DNA of 64,000 nt, taken from Candidatus Binatia bacterium (GTDB taxonomy: Bacteria; Desulfobacterota; Binatia; UBA9968; JAJDTQ01). The notes beneath the pieces are model-generated. The model saw only the letters and a program-made list of their open reading frames with translations, had not been told where the DNA came from and did not search any database. Shown piece by piece: positions 27,843 through 37,902 of this stretch. The translations under genes were made by a program, and so were the position numbers. Each line of letters opens with the position of its first letter. Within the stretch, counting starts at the first letter, position 1. The stretch spans positions 4,704 through 68,703 of the forward strand of contig JAJEAI010000201.1 in assembly GCA_022824205.1 (NCBI GenBank), written 5' to 3'.

Positions 27843-28159
27843 TCAGGTAGTTACAGACGTCCGTCTTCGTCATTCCCGGCGCTCCAATACGTTATTTCCG
27901 CCCCCCAATACGTCATTCCCGGTCCCCTCTCCGTCATTCCCGCCCCCTCTCCGTCATTCCCGCCCCTTCTCCGTCATTCCCGCGGAAGCGGGAATCCGGG
28001 CGGGGTAGGGCCTGGGGCAATGGGGCCGCCACACCACCGCCCCTGGATTCCCGCTTCCGCGGGAATGACGGAGAGGGGGCCGAAGTCTCCTTTTCAACGG
28101 CCTGTGTGTCGGCCGAAAGCCGGCATGGGTGATTCCCGCGAAACAGGCTGTGACGAAAC
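27843..28159. repeat. MITE/REP-like element copy F, including a 3x21-bp minisatellite (CTCTCCGTCATTCCCGCCCC) at ~27925-27990
   Basis: There are five GTCATTCCCG occurrences in 130 bp. The core is GCGGAAGCGGGAATCCGGGCGGGGTAGGG...CCCCTGGATTCCCGCTTCCGCGGGAATGACGG. The outer-arm variant is GATTCCCGCGAAACAGGCTGTGACGAAAC. Confidence 0.75.
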
Positions 28160-28206
28160 TGTGCTCGGACACTGGAATTTTTCCCTCTGCCGCCGCCGCG
28201 CCGCCC

Positions 28207-29247
28207 TTACCGCTTCGGCACCAGGATGTCCTTCAGCTTGACCATCAGCTCGGGATCGAGCTGGAAGAACTCGTTCACCGCCTCCACGACCCGTGTGCCG
28301 CGAATCGGGTTGATGATGAGATTGGCCTTTTTGGCCTCGGCCATCAGCTCGGGGTCCTTGAAGGTGGCGGCGAAGGCCTTGCGCAGGAGCTCCACGCGGT
28401 CCTTCGGCGTGCCCGGCGGCAGGGAGAAGGCTCTCAGGATCTCGTGGGCGTTGCGCCCGACGACGTTGGCCAACTGGCGCTGTTCCTCGGTCTTGGCCAG
28501 TTCGACGATGTTGGGCACGCCGGCGAGCCTGGGGTGCCGCCCGACGCCGACCTGCACGACGAAGTTCAGCTCTCCGGGGATCCGCTTGGGCCAGAAGGAG
28601 AGGATGACGTCGGGACTCCAGCAGCCGCCGAAGACCTCGCGCTTCTCGATGGCCAGGCGGATCCTGGCGGCGCCGCCATAGCCCTCGATCAACTGATACG
28701 GAACCGGGGTGATGGCTCCCACTAGCCTGGGGATGTCCGAGATGGAGCTTCCCGGCCCCATGCCGCCGAGCTTCAGAGGCTTCTCGGCTGCGAGCCACTG
28801 TTCGACGTTGGTGATGCCGCTGTCCTTGGCCACGATGCACGCGGTGTAGCTGGGCTTGGGGACGGTGATCCACTCGAACTTCCGGGCGTCGAACTGCACC
28901 CGCTTGTTCCCCAGCACCTGCTGCAGCACCAAGGTCCCCACCCAGTGGCCGATGGTGAGGCCGTCGGGCTTGGCCTTGTTGTACATGTAGTTGGCGGCGA
29001 TGAGGTTGCCGGCACCGGTCATGCTGGTCACCAGGGTTCGCGGCGCCCCGGGTATGTGCTTGCCGATGTGCCGGGCCACCAGGCGCGCGTAGGTGTCGAA
29101 GCCCCCGCCAGGGGCGGAGCCCACGATGATGCGGATGGTCTTGCCCTTGTAGAAGTCCTCGGCCGAGGCTGCGGTGGCGGCAACGGTGAACAGGGTGATG
29201 CCCGCCGCGAGGGCGACACGGAGCAGTGAGCGGAGATACGGTCTCAT
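28207..29247 (-). CDS. TctC-family (Bug/UPF0065) tripartite tricarboxylate transporter substrate-binding protein
   Basis: The start is refined to the ATG at 29247, which has a GGAGGAAAAACC ribosome-binding site. A signal peptide is followed by DFYKGKTIRIIVGSAPGGGFDTYARLVARHIGKHIPG, the TctC signature. The ORF-track N-terminal extension is a GC artefact. Confidence 0.75.
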   Translation of the reverse strand: MRPYLRSLLRVALAAGITLFTVAATAASAEDFYKGKTIRIIVGSAPGGGFDTYARLVARHIGKHIPGAPRTLVTSMTGAGNLIAANYMYNKAKPDGLTIGHWVGTLVLQQVLGNKRVQFDARKFEWITVPKPSYTACIVAKDSGITNVEQWLAAEKPLKLGGMGPGSSISDIPRLVGAITPVPYQLIEGYGGAARIRLAIEKREVFGGCWSPDVILSFWPKRIPGELNFVVQVGVGRHPRLAGVPNIVELAKTEEQRQLANVVGRNAHEILRAFSLPPGTPKDRVELLRKAFAATFKDPELMAEAKKANLIINPIRGTRVVEAVNEFFQLDPELMVKLKDILVPKR

Positions 29248-29297
29248 GGTTTTTCCTCCTTTTCGGAACGTGATCGTCCGGAGCAGGGCGCGGTCCG

Positions 29298-29867
29298 TTA
29301 CGCGTCGTCCGCCATCATGCGCCGGCAGCGCACGGCTTCCACCAGCAGATCGGTGACGAGGAATGCCTCCATGAGGTCGCGGCCGCGGGACACCGTGCCG
29401 TGGCCCCGCAGGATCACCACCGGGTGGTGGCGCAGGGCCTCCGCCACCGGTTCCGGGTCGGCGACGGTCGGGCCTTCGTGAGCGATGACGGGCACGCGGC
29501 CCAGAGTGTACTCCTCTTCGAAGCTCAACGGTACGAATTCCTCGATGTCTCTGCAACCGGCGACGATCTCGGGGGGATGCACGTGGACCACCGCGCGGGC
29601 GCCGGTGGCCGCGTAGACGGCCAGATGGAGCGGGGTTTCGCTGGACGGTTGCCGGTCCGGCCGGACGGCTTGGCCGCGGGCGTCGATCTCGACGACGTCC
29701 GCGGCCTTGAGGAAACCCAGGGCGGCTCCGCTCGCCGTTACCAGGAAGCGGTCCCGGCCGAAGCGGCAACTGAGGTTGCCGCCCCATCCGCTCACCAGGC
29801 GGCGCTCGAAGAGCTTCTCGCCCCAATGGATGATCTCGGCCCGCGTGCTTCTCGAACGCTGTGCCAT
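29298..29867 (-). CDS. class II aldolase/adducin-family protein (short form)
   Basis: The zinc-ligand pattern HVHP is present. The pattern GWGGNLS...FLVTASGAALG matches the fuculose-phosphate aldolase / MtnB-like family. Confidence 0.65.
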   Translation of the reverse strand: MAQRSRSTRAEIIHWGEKLFERRLVSGWGGNLSCRFGRDRFLVTASGAALGFLKAADVVEIDARGQAVRPDRQPSSETPLHLAVYAATGARAVVHVHPPEIVAGCRDIEEFVPLSFEEEYTLGRVPVIAHEGPTVADPEPVAEALRHHPVVILRGHGTVSRGRDLMEAFLVTDLLVEAVRCRRMMADDA

Positions 29868-30121
29868 GGATTCTCTCCCGCCGCCGGGTCACCCGTGTCG
29901 CGTCCCGCAAACAAGCGGGATGATTCGCGGGTCGTTTTCGCCCCCGGCGGGGTTACGTCACCCGGGCTTGACCCGGGGTCTTCCTCGCGTGGTGTCCGCC
30001 ACTGGGGCGACCGCGGGTCGGGGCGACCGCGGGTCGCCCCTACAAGGCATCGTGCCTTGCCGACGACAAGAAACCCTGCGCCGGCGCCCCGCCCGGGCAC
30101 GCCGGAGGCCGGCGCGCCGGG

Positions 30122-30856
30122 TCAGAGCCATTCCACCGCCTTGAGGGCGATCTCCATGGCGTGCTTCTCGGCCTCGCGGGCCGGCGGGCCGTGGAAGCCG
30201 AGCTTGCCGGTGACGCACTCGTCGGAAACCGCGAGGACGGCGCCGGCCCTGGCGCCCTTGACCTGGGCCACGGTGAGGAAAGCGGCGGTCACCATGTCGA
30301 TGGCGGTGATGCCTTGTTGCTCCAGGTCGGCCAGCAGTTCCGGCGTTTCCCGGAACAACGCGTCGGTGGTGAACACGCGGCCGTGGTGGACCGGCACGCC
30401 GAGACTCTTGGCTGCGCGCGTCAGCGCGTCCTCCACGCGCGGGTGGGACAAGGTGTCGAAGTCGTCGCCGACGTAGCGGGGACTGGCGCCGTCCCCGCGC
30501 ACGGCCCCCGTGGCGATGACGACGTCGCCCAGCTTGACGCCTCCCTGCAGCGAGCCGCAGCTCCCCACCCGCACCAGGGTTTCCACGCTGGCGGCACACA
30601 GCAGCTCGGTGGTGATGGCGGTGTCCGCGGAGTACCGACCGCCGTTGCCCACGGTGACGCGGCGCCCGGCCAGGGTGCCGGTGTGCATTTCGTAGTCCTG
30701 GAAGGCGAGGGTCTTGCGCGGGTTGTCGAGGGCGAGCCGCAGCCGCGCCGCCCGTTCGCGCGGGCCTGGCACCAGGGCCACCTTTCCCATGGCGCCGGGC
30801 TTGACCCCGAGCCGGGCGAGCATGCCCGCCGCGGTGATGTGGGGTTCGCTCCTCAT
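30122..30856 (-). CDS. nucleoside phosphorylase, PNP/UDP family 1 (DeoD/Udp-like)
   Basis: The phosphate-binding/active-site blocks RVGSCGSL and VSDE are present. The length is 244 aa. Confidence 0.65.
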   Translation of the reverse strand: MRSEPHITAAGMLARLGVKPGAMGKVALVPGPRERAARLRLALDNPRKTLAFQDYEMHTGTLAGRRVTVGNGGRYSADTAITTELLCAASVETLVRVGSCGSLQGGVKLGDVVIATGAVRGDGASPRYVGDDFDTLSHPRVEDALTRAAKSLGVPVHHGRVFTTDALFRETPELLADLEQQGITAIDMVTAAFLTVAQVKGARAGAVLAVSDECVTGKLGFHGPPAREAEKHAMEIALKAVEWL

Positions 30857-30923
30857 GGCGTACGGGTCCCTACCAGGGCGGCCTTGATGATGTTCCCACC
30901 CCAGGTGATGTGCGGCCGGCTCC

Positions 30924-33900
30924 TCATGGCGCGCGGGTCTCCGCCGCCGGTCCCGGTGACACGTCCACGGCCCGCCCCAGCCGCAGCAGGATCAGCCGGA
31001 AGGCCGCCACCTCCCGGTCCAGGCCGCGCCGCACGGCTTCGGTGTAGATTTCCGCCTGGTGGCGGTAGTCGTTCATGATACGGCCGACGTCGTCGGCGGC
31101 AACCTGGTCGGTCTTGTAGTCCGCCACGTAGAGCCGCCCGTCCCGTTCGTAGACCAGGTCGATGACGCCTTCCATGACCTGCCCGTTCCAGGGCATGACG
31201 AAAGGCATCTCGCGTCCCAGGATGCGCGCGGACCCAAGCTCGTCATAGACCTCGGAACGGGCCAGGGTGGTCCAGATCTTCTTCAGCTCCCGGATGACCA
31301 TCTGCTTCTCCGCCGCGGGCAGGGCGGGCGCAAGCCGGGCCACGGCTTCGTCAAGGTCCTCCTCGACGTGCCGCGTCCGGAAGTCCCAGTGCTCCAGCAC
31401 CCTGTGGGCCAGCGTCCCGAGCACCAGCGCGGTGTCGCGCTCGATGCGCTGGCCATCGGGTGTGCCTCCGGCGCGGGGCTGCGCCATGTCCGTTTCCGCC
31501 GCCTCGCCGGCGGCCTTGAGGCGGGTGGGAGTGATGAACAGCGGGGTCTGGCGGCGGGCTTCGCGGTCCTCCCGGCGCCGGCGCCACAGGTCTTCGTACC
31601 ACGTCCAGTCATCCGTATCCGGCGCCGCCGGCTGTCGGCTGTCGCGTTTCCCGGCCGCCGCGTCCTCCTCCACCACTTCGACTTCCAACTCCCCCAGGTC
31701 GCAGGGAACGACTCCAGGCTTGGCCTGGGCGAGGTTCACGCCCGTGGCCACGTCCAGCATGGCCAGCAGGCTATCGCTCGGAGCCCTTGGCGCCCGCTCC
31801 CTTTCAGCGAAGGAAATGACCAACCGCTCCCGCGGCCGGGTCATGGCCACGTAAAGCAGCCGGCTGCGCTCATACGCCTCCCTCTGGCGCCGTTTCGCAT
31901 CGAGATAGACGCCGGCGAGGCCCGACAGCTCGCCGATGCGCAACCCCGTCAGCCCCGTGGCCCAGTCCCGCCGCACCTCGGCCTCCGGAGAACGGTTGCT
32001 CCCGGTGCCGCCCATGGCGTCCGCGAGCACGACCATGGGGAACTCCAGACCCTTGGCGCGGTGGATGCTCATGATCCTCACGGCGTCCAGGGTCTCTTCC
32101 TCCAGCGGGCTCTCGGGCTCGTTCTCCCGATCCAGGACCCGGCGTTCCAGCTCGGCGACCACGTCCTTCAGGGTGCCGCTGCCTTCGGCGCTGGTCTCCT
32201 CGGCCACGAGCCGGATCTTCTCCAGGTTGGCCACGGCCTGCTGGCCCGCCCCCGTGCTCGCCGCCAGGACGGACAGGGGCAGTTCGTTGAATACCCGCCG
32301 CACGGCTTGCCCGGCCTCCAGGAAACGCGCCTCGCGGTGCAGGCGGTCGAGGCGCCGATAGAGATCCAGGGTCGTCCGGGGCAGGTCCACCCAGCGGTGG
32401 CCGGCGGCCGCGCGGTAGCCCAGGAGGTTCTTCCGGCTCAACTCGTAGATCTCGACGTCGTCGTGCCCGCCCAGCGGCGAGCGCAGCACTCCCACCAGGG
32501 CCAGACGGTCATGCGGGTTGTCGATGGCCCGCAGCAGGTTGACCGTGTCGACGACTTCCTGTGTGGCGTAGAAGTCACGCTCGCCTTCCACGACGTAGCC
32601 GATACCGCGCCGGCGCAGCGCGTCCAGGTAGACCTGCACGTTGGTCAGGGCGCGCAGGAGGAAGGCTATGTGGCCGGGTTGCGCGCGCACGAGGTTGCCG
32701 TCTCGATCGTGGAAGGAGGCGCGGCCCAGGACCTCCTCGTCGAGCCAGCGCGCCAGGGACTCCGCCTCCAGCCGGCGCGCGCCTTCGGCATTCAGCTTGC
32801 GGTCCGCCGCGGTTACCCGGCGCAGCCGCACCGGCCTTGAACCCGGCCCGGCCGATGGGTCTCCGCGACGCTGTTCAGCCGGCGCTCCGCCGAGCTTGTC
32901 CTGGGCCCGTCGGCCGAGCCTCTCGTGAGCCTTGTCGAAGGGCCTGTCCTGAGCTTGGCCGAAGGGCTCGGGGTGAACGGAGGTCGCCTCGGCTACGGTC
33001 TCGTGGCCGGGTTGGAGCGGGATGTACTCCGGCTGAAGCCCGGGTTCTTCCCGGATCAGGTTCCGGAAGACGCCGTTCACCACGTCCAGGATGCGGGCGT
33101 CGCTGCGGAAGTTGGCGGTCAGCGGGTAGCGGACCCCTCCCTGGGCTACGATCACTTCCTGGATGACCTTCAGGTAAGCTTCGATGTCGGCGCCGCGAAA
33201 CCCGTAGACGGATTGCTTGGGGTCCCCCACCACGAAGAGCTTGTCCGGGGCCAGGCGGATGTCGCGCCAGGTCGCCGCGCGTTGGGACCGCTCCTCGCAC
33301 AGCCACAGCAGGATCTCGTACTGGAGCGGGTCCGTGTCCTGGAACTCGTCCACCAGCATGGCCTTGTAGCGGTCCTTCAGCTCCTCGCGGATGCGCGGGT
33401 GGTCGCGCAGCAGGTCGCGGGCGCGCACCAGCAGTCCGTCGAAGGTCACCAGGCCCTTGCGGGTGAAGTCCGCGCGACACTCACGGGCAAAGGGCGTCAA
33501 CAGGGCACAGAGCTGGTCCACTTGCCCGTGGTCGACCCGAACCAGTGCACCGGCGGCCTTCAAGAGGGCGCGGGCGCGTTCGAGATCCTCATCGTTCCAC
33601 CCCTTCACGGGGGATGGTTTCCATTGCAGAAGGTTCAAGTCGTCGGGATCGACGGCAACGGCTTCGGCGGGAGCCGTGCGCATCGACCGGATCACCTCCC
33701 CCGCCGCCGCCAGCGCCTGCTCGTTCCTCCGCTGTTCCGGGTGGCGCGCGATGAGGTCCGTTACGGTTTCATCCAGATCGCCCAGCCACTGCCCAAGGAC
33801 GTCCGCGGAGTCCCCGGATGCGCCGTTGCGCCGGATTCCCTCCAGATCCACGTTCTCCGCGCACAGGCCCAGCGCCAGCTCCCCGATCTGTTCCAGCGGA

Positions 33901-34499
33901 AAGCGCGCGAGGACCTGTTTCCACTCCCCGGTCCTCGGCCCGGCGCTCGACAGCTCGCCGTCGAGCCACAGGCCCCAGGACGTGTCGAAGTGTCTCCGCA
34001 GAAGCCGTTCGTCGTCTTCGCGGAACCCGGGATCCAGTCCGGTCTCCAGCGGATAGAGCCGGAGTAGCGACGCGGCGAAGCCGTGGATGGTGCCGATCTG
34101 GGCCCGCTCCAGGTCCGCCAGCGCCATGTCGGCGCGGCCGCGGACATCGTCCGGCGTGAGACCGTAGCGTTCGCACAGGGCGCTGATCTCTTCCGTCCCG
34201 GCGTCCTCCGTCCCGGCGTCTTCCACCGGCCGCCGCGAGGACGCTGCCATCCCGGCCAGCGCTTCCAGGCGGTCGCGCAGGCGCGCTTTCATCTCGTTGG
34301 CCGCCTTGTTGGTGAAGGTGAGGGCCACAAGCTCGGTCACGCGCACTGGCGCGGGCTCCCGGCGCATCAGCAGGTTGACGCAGCGCTCCACCAGCAGGGT
34401 CGTCTTGCCGGTGCCGGCGCCCGCGGTCACCACCACGTTGCGCTCGAAGGTGGTGGTGGCAAGCCGGCGTTCCCGATGGTCCGCGGGCAGAGTCGTCAT
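30924..34499 (-). CDS. AddA/RecB-like UvrD-family helicase with C-terminal PD-(D/E)xK nuclease
   Basis: The start is refined to ATG 34499, which gives an ATGA overlap with the upstream gene's stop. The Walker A motif is TAGAGTGKTT. The C-terminal nuclease block is GVIDLVYERDGRLYVADYKTD...Y. The ORF track's 100-aa N-terminal extension is rejected. Confidence 0.75.
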   Translation of the reverse strand: MTTLPADHRERRLATTTFERNVVVTAGAGTGKTTLLVERCVNLLMRREPAPVRVTELVALTFTNKAANEMKARLRDRLEALAGMAASSRRPVEDAGTEDAGTEEISALCERYGLTPDDVRGRADMALADLERAQIGTIHGFAASLLRLYPLETGLDPGFREDDERLLRRHFDTSWGLWLDGELSSAGPRTGEWKQVLARFPLEQIGELALGLCAENVDLEGIRRNGASGDSADVLGQWLGDLDETVTDLIARHPEQRRNEQALAAAGEVIRSMRTAPAEAVAVDPDDLNLLQWKPSPVKGWNDEDLERARALLKAAGALVRVDHGQVDQLCALLTPFARECRADFTRKGLVTFDGLLVRARDLLRDHPRIREELKDRYKAMLVDEFQDTDPLQYEILLWLCEERSQRAATWRDIRLAPDKLFVVGDPKQSVYGFRGADIEAYLKVIQEVIVAQGGVRYPLTANFRSDARILDVVNGVFRNLIREEPGLQPEYIPLQPGHETVAEATSVHPEPFGQAQDRPFDKAHERLGRRAQDKLGGAPAEQRRGDPSAGPGSRPVRLRRVTAADRKLNAEGARRLEAESLARWLDEEVLGRASFHDRDGNLVRAQPGHIAFLLRALTNVQVYLDALRRRGIGYVVEGERDFYATQEVVDTVNLLRAIDNPHDRLALVGVLRSPLGGHDDVEIYELSRKNLLGYRAAAGHRWVDLPRTTLDLYRRLDRLHREARFLEAGQAVRRVFNELPLSVLAASTGAGQQAVANLEKIRLVAEETSAEGSGTLKDVVAELERRVLDRENEPESPLEEETLDAVRIMSIHRAKGLEFPMVVLADAMGGTGSNRSPEAEVRRDWATGLTGLRIGELSGLAGVYLDAKRRQREAYERSRLLYVAMTRPRERLVISFAERERAPRAPSDSLLAMLDVATGVNLAQAKPGVVPCDLGELEVEVVEEDAAAGKRDSRQPAAPDTDDWTWYEDLWRRRREDREARRQTPLFITPTRLKAAGEAAETDMAQPRAGGTPDGQRIERDTALVLGTLAHRVLEHWDFRTRHVEEDLDEAVARLAPALPAAEKQMVIRELKKIWTTLARSEVYDELGSARILGREMPFVMPWNGQVMEGVIDLVYERDGRLYVADYKTDQVAADDVGRIMNDYRHQAEIYTEAVRRGLDREVAAFRLILLRLGRAVDVSPGPAAETRAP

Positions 34500-37400
34500 G
34501 ACGTTCCGGCCTCCCCCGTGAGCTTCATCTGCCGGATGCGCGCCAGCGCCTCCGCCGCGGGATGTCGGGCGGCGCGCGAAGCCGACGGGAAGTGGTCCTT
34601 GCGGCAGATTTCCCTTACTTGGCAGAAGCGGCAGTAGTCGCCTTGCACCAAGGGGAACTCGCCGTCCCGCATGCCCCTGAGCAGGTGCGCGACCGTGTCG
34701 CGAATCTTCGCGCCCGCGGGCTCGCGCCACGACTGTCCCGAAAGCTTCTTCGCCACCAACGGCCCGTTCTCCCAGCGCGGCGCCAGGAAGTACCAAGCCG
34801 CGTCGACGGCCCCCGCGTCGCCCGCTTCCCGGCCGATTTCGTCGCCGGCGGCCAGCAGCAGGTAGATTGGCAGTTGCAACCTGCGCCCCTGGAGCGCGGC
34901 GAGCACGGGATTATTGTCCACCGCTCCGGGTGCCCTGCCGCTTTTGTACTTGTAGTCGATGACCCGGAACCGGCCGCCCCGCGCATCGTGATCGACACGG
35001 TCGAGCCGGCCCTGAAGCGGGAGCCCGCGCAGGTCTTCCGGCCAGTCCGCATCGAGTTGCGCGGCGAGGTCCATTTCCAATCCCACGGGGCGAAAGCCCG
35101 AGACCGCCATTTCCTCCCGATCCACCCGCACCGCCTCCCGCAGCATGGCCAGCAACTCTCCCTTGGCGGCTTCCCAGACTGCCGGGTAGCCCGTGGGGCT
35201 GCGTTCCTCGAAGGCGGACAGGACCCGGGCGGCGGCGCTGTCGAGCCACTCGCGCCAGCCGTCCCCGAGGGCGCGGTCAAGGTCGCCGAAAAACGCCTGC
35301 AGGATCTCGTGACAGATCTGTCCCTGTTCCAGCGCCTGGATCGGCGCGGTCCACTCGGGCCGCTCCAGCCGTTCCAGGCGAAGCACGCGGCCGGCGAAGT
35401 ACTGGAAGGGGCAGCGACCGTAGGCTTCGAGCGTCGTCGGCGAGATCCGGCGTTCCAGGAGCCGGTCCCACGCTTCAGGCAGCGGCCCGGTGACCCCGTC
35501 GAACGGTCCCGGGACGCCGGCGCCGTCGTCGAGCGCGTGGATGGCCGCCAGGCTCCTGTCGAGGTTCTCCATGGACGCGCCGGCGATTCGCGCAAGCGGC
35601 CGCGGGTCCTCGCCGCTGAGCGCCCGGCGCACCGCCAACTCCTCGGGCAGGAGCCATCGGGGATCGTCGAAGGGTGGCGTGTCGCGCTTGCCGAGGACGC
35701 TCTTGGGAATGGATCGGGACTCCATGCCGCCGCCCTCCGTGTCCGTGGCGGGAGCCACCGCGCGGAGGTACCAGGACGGGGCCAGCGCGCGCCCGGCCGC
35801 ATCGGCCCGGGACCACGTGCAACAGAAACGCTCGCCGGCCGCGTCCCACAGCAGGGCGAACAGCAGCTTCTCCTCGTCGTAGCCCGCCAGCTTCGAGGAA
35901 GTCTTGTAGCCCAGCACGGTTTCCAGCGTGCGCCGGGCGCGGTCCGGCAGGAACGGGTCCTCCCGGATGGTGCGGGGGAACACGCCTTCGTTCATGCCCA
36001 CGAGGAAGAGGGCGCGGAACGGGATGCCCCGGGCCGCGCCGGCATCCAGCACCTGCACGCCCGGCACGGGCACGCCCGACAGCGGCACCGAGGCCCGGTC
36101 CAGGGCCTTGCGCAGAGCCGCGACGAAGTCCGGCAACGACACCCTTTCGCCGACGGCGTCCAGGGCCGCGAGCCCCGCGAAAGCGTCGTCGATGGCACGG
36201 GTCACCTCGGCCTCGCCTTCATCCGGGCTCGGGACCAGGAAGCGCTCGATGAGCGCGTGCCAGCGGGCCGCGAGATCGGACCACGCGCCTTCCCGTGGCA
36301 GGGCGCCCAGATCGGCGTGCAGGGCTTCGACCGCGTCCAGCAGCGCGCGGAGTTGTCGCGGGTCGACGCGCAGGTGCCGGCCTTCTTCCTCTTCGTCCAC
36401 CAGGTTGAGTTCAAGGCTCGTATCGCGGTAGCGCTCCAGGCGCCGCCACTCGCCCATGCCGCGGCCGATGCCCAGGGAGCGCGTGGCGACGTCCCACAGC
36501 TCGGGACGGGGTTCCACCGGCCTGTCGAGGACGCCGGCGAAGTTGAAGTGATGGGACGCGAGCAGGTCGATGACCGCGGCGCGCGGGTAGTCCCGGACCG
36601 GGAGGTCCAGCAGCGCCAGCACGGCGCGGACCCGTTGGGAGCGCCGGAGTGGCTCCTGCGCCGGCGTGTGGAACGGGATGCCGTGCGCGGGGAAGATTTC
36701 GCGGATCCACGGCAGGTAGGGTTCGAGCGTCCGCGCCACCACTCCCGCGTGCCGGAAATCGAGCCCTTCCTCCTCCACGAGGCGGAGCAGGTGCTTGGCC
36801 ACGGTGAGGACCTCGTCCCGCGGGTTGGCGCAACCGAGGACCTCGCCGCGGGGCGCCGGGCCGGGCAGAATCCCCGGCTTTCGAAGGCCGTCTCCCGCCA
36901 TGGCGCGCGCGTCTCGTTCCCGGCGGCCCGGGTCGTGCCGTTCCGGGCCGCCGGAGACCGCAACGCTGTCGCTGCCGCCGTCCAGCAGATCCACGACCTC
37001 GTCCGCGCCGGCGAGGCCGCGCAGGTAGCGGTCGAAGAAGTCCTGGGCGAAAGACCATTCCGGACATCCCTGGGCAAGGGGGTAGAACAGTGTCACGGGA
37101 TGGTTGGCGGCGATGTTCCGGAAGAGTTCCAACTGCGTCTGGGTCAAGTCGTAGAAGCCGTAGTAGCAGATGCGCTCGAACCCCCCGAGCCAGCGCGACA
37201 GCGGAGCCTCGCGCGCCGCCAGGCCGTCGAGGTCCTGGTGATCCCGCGCCCGCCACTCCGGGAAGCGTCGCGTCACCTCCCGGTGCAACGCGAAGAGATC
37301 GTGCAGCGCGTCACGGTCCCGGCCGGCGAAATGGCCTTCCCGCAACGCGTCCAGCGCCGGCTCCGGATCCACCATGGCGTCCTTGAGGTCGCGCAGGCTT

Positions 37401-37756
37401 TGCCACAGCGCGGCGCAGCCGCCCTCGTTGTCGGCGATGCGCGCGAACCGACCGTGGTCCGGGAGCACGCGTTTCAGGGCCTCTTCCATGAAGGTCGCGT
37501 CGCGCAGGGTCGGCGTTTCCGGTCCATGGGCCTCGTGAAACAGGTTCAGGGTGAGTCGGGAGAAGGTGAGGATGTGGGTGTTCAGGAGATGGAGGCGGTG
37601 CTCATGGGCGAGCAGGGTCTTGACCCGCCGGCGCAACGTCTCCGAGGGCACCACCAGCAAGAGCGGGGCGAGCCGGTCGCGCGCGTGCAGGGTGCGGACC
37701 TCGGTGGCGAGGGCGTCTTCCAGGTGCGGGTGATGGGGGCCGAGAACGATGTTCAT
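34496..37756 (-). CDS. AddB-like inactivated-helicase/nuclease subunit (PD-(D/E)xK with Cys cluster)
   Basis: The C-terminus RFRVIDYKYK...CRFCQVREICRK is the RecB-family nuclease plus an Fe-S-type Cys cluster seen in AddB. It is coupled to the AddA-like gene. Confidence 0.65.
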   Translation of the reverse strand: MNIVLGPHHPHLEDALATEVRTLHARDRLAPLLLVVPSETLRRRVKTLLAHEHRLHLLNTHILTFSRLTLNLFHEAHGPETPTLRDATFMEEALKRVLPDHGRFARIADNEGGCAALWQSLRDLKDAMVDPEPALDALREGHFAGRDRDALHDLFALHREVTRRFPEWRARDHQDLDGLAAREAPLSRWLGGFERICYYGFYDLTQTQLELFRNIAANHPVTLFYPLAQGCPEWSFAQDFFDRYLRGLAGADEVVDLLDGGSDSVAVSGGPERHDPGRRERDARAMAGDGLRKPGILPGPAPRGEVLGCANPRDEVLTVAKHLLRLVEEEGLDFRHAGVVARTLEPYLPWIREIFPAHGIPFHTPAQEPLRRSQRVRAVLALLDLPVRDYPRAAVIDLLASHHFNFAGVLDRPVEPRPELWDVATRSLGIGRGMGEWRRLERYRDTSLELNLVDEEEEGRHLRVDPRQLRALLDAVEALHADLGALPREGAWSDLAARWHALIERFLVPSPDEGEAEVTRAIDDAFAGLAALDAVGERVSLPDFVAALRKALDRASVPLSGVPVPGVQVLDAGAARGIPFRALFLVGMNEGVFPRTIREDPFLPDRARRTLETVLGYKTSSKLAGYDEEKLLFALLWDAAGERFCCTWSRADAAGRALAPSWYLRAVAPATDTEGGGMESRSIPKSVLGKRDTPPFDDPRWLLPEELAVRRALSGEDPRPLARIAGASMENLDRSLAAIHALDDGAGVPGPFDGVTGPLPEAWDRLLERRISPTTLEAYGRCPFQYFAGRVLRLERLERPEWTAPIQALEQGQICHEILQAFFGDLDRALGDGWREWLDSAAARVLSAFEERSPTGYPAVWEAAKGELLAMLREAVRVDREEMAVSGFRPVGLEMDLAAQLDADWPEDLRGLPLQGRLDRVDHDARGGRFRVIDYKYKSGRAPGAVDNNPVLAALQGRRLQLPIYLLLAAGDEIGREAGDAGAVDAAWYFLAPRWENGPLVAKKLSGQSWREPAGAKIRDTVAHLLRGMRDGEFPLVQGDYCRFCQVREICRKDHFPSASRAARHPAAEALARIRQMKLTGEAGTS

Positions 37757-37902
37757 GGAACCGCGGGCATCGGCGCCTTCGATTGCGCCCCGCTACGGCG
37801 GCGTCGAGCTGGTCGAAGGGTGCGTCCACCAGAATCTTTGGGGAATGTGGCAGACCCGCCGCTCATTGCCAAGGTCGGCGGGGCGCTGGTAGTGTTGCCC
37901 CT

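Noticed and set aside
27925-27990. Possible CRISPR array (tandem 21-bp repeats)
   Set aside because: The units are directly abutting with no unique spacers, they sit inside a MITE copy, and no cas genes are nearby. This is a minisatellite, not CRISPR.
30924-34796. The 1290-aa version of the AddA-like ORF and the 567-aa version of the TctC ORF (28207..29910)
   Set aside because: The N-terminal extensions are low-complexity (RGGGAG...), overlap neighbouring genes, and precede well-placed ATG starts (34499 with ATGA coupling; 29247 with a GGAGGA ribosome-binding site) that give canonical protein lengths.
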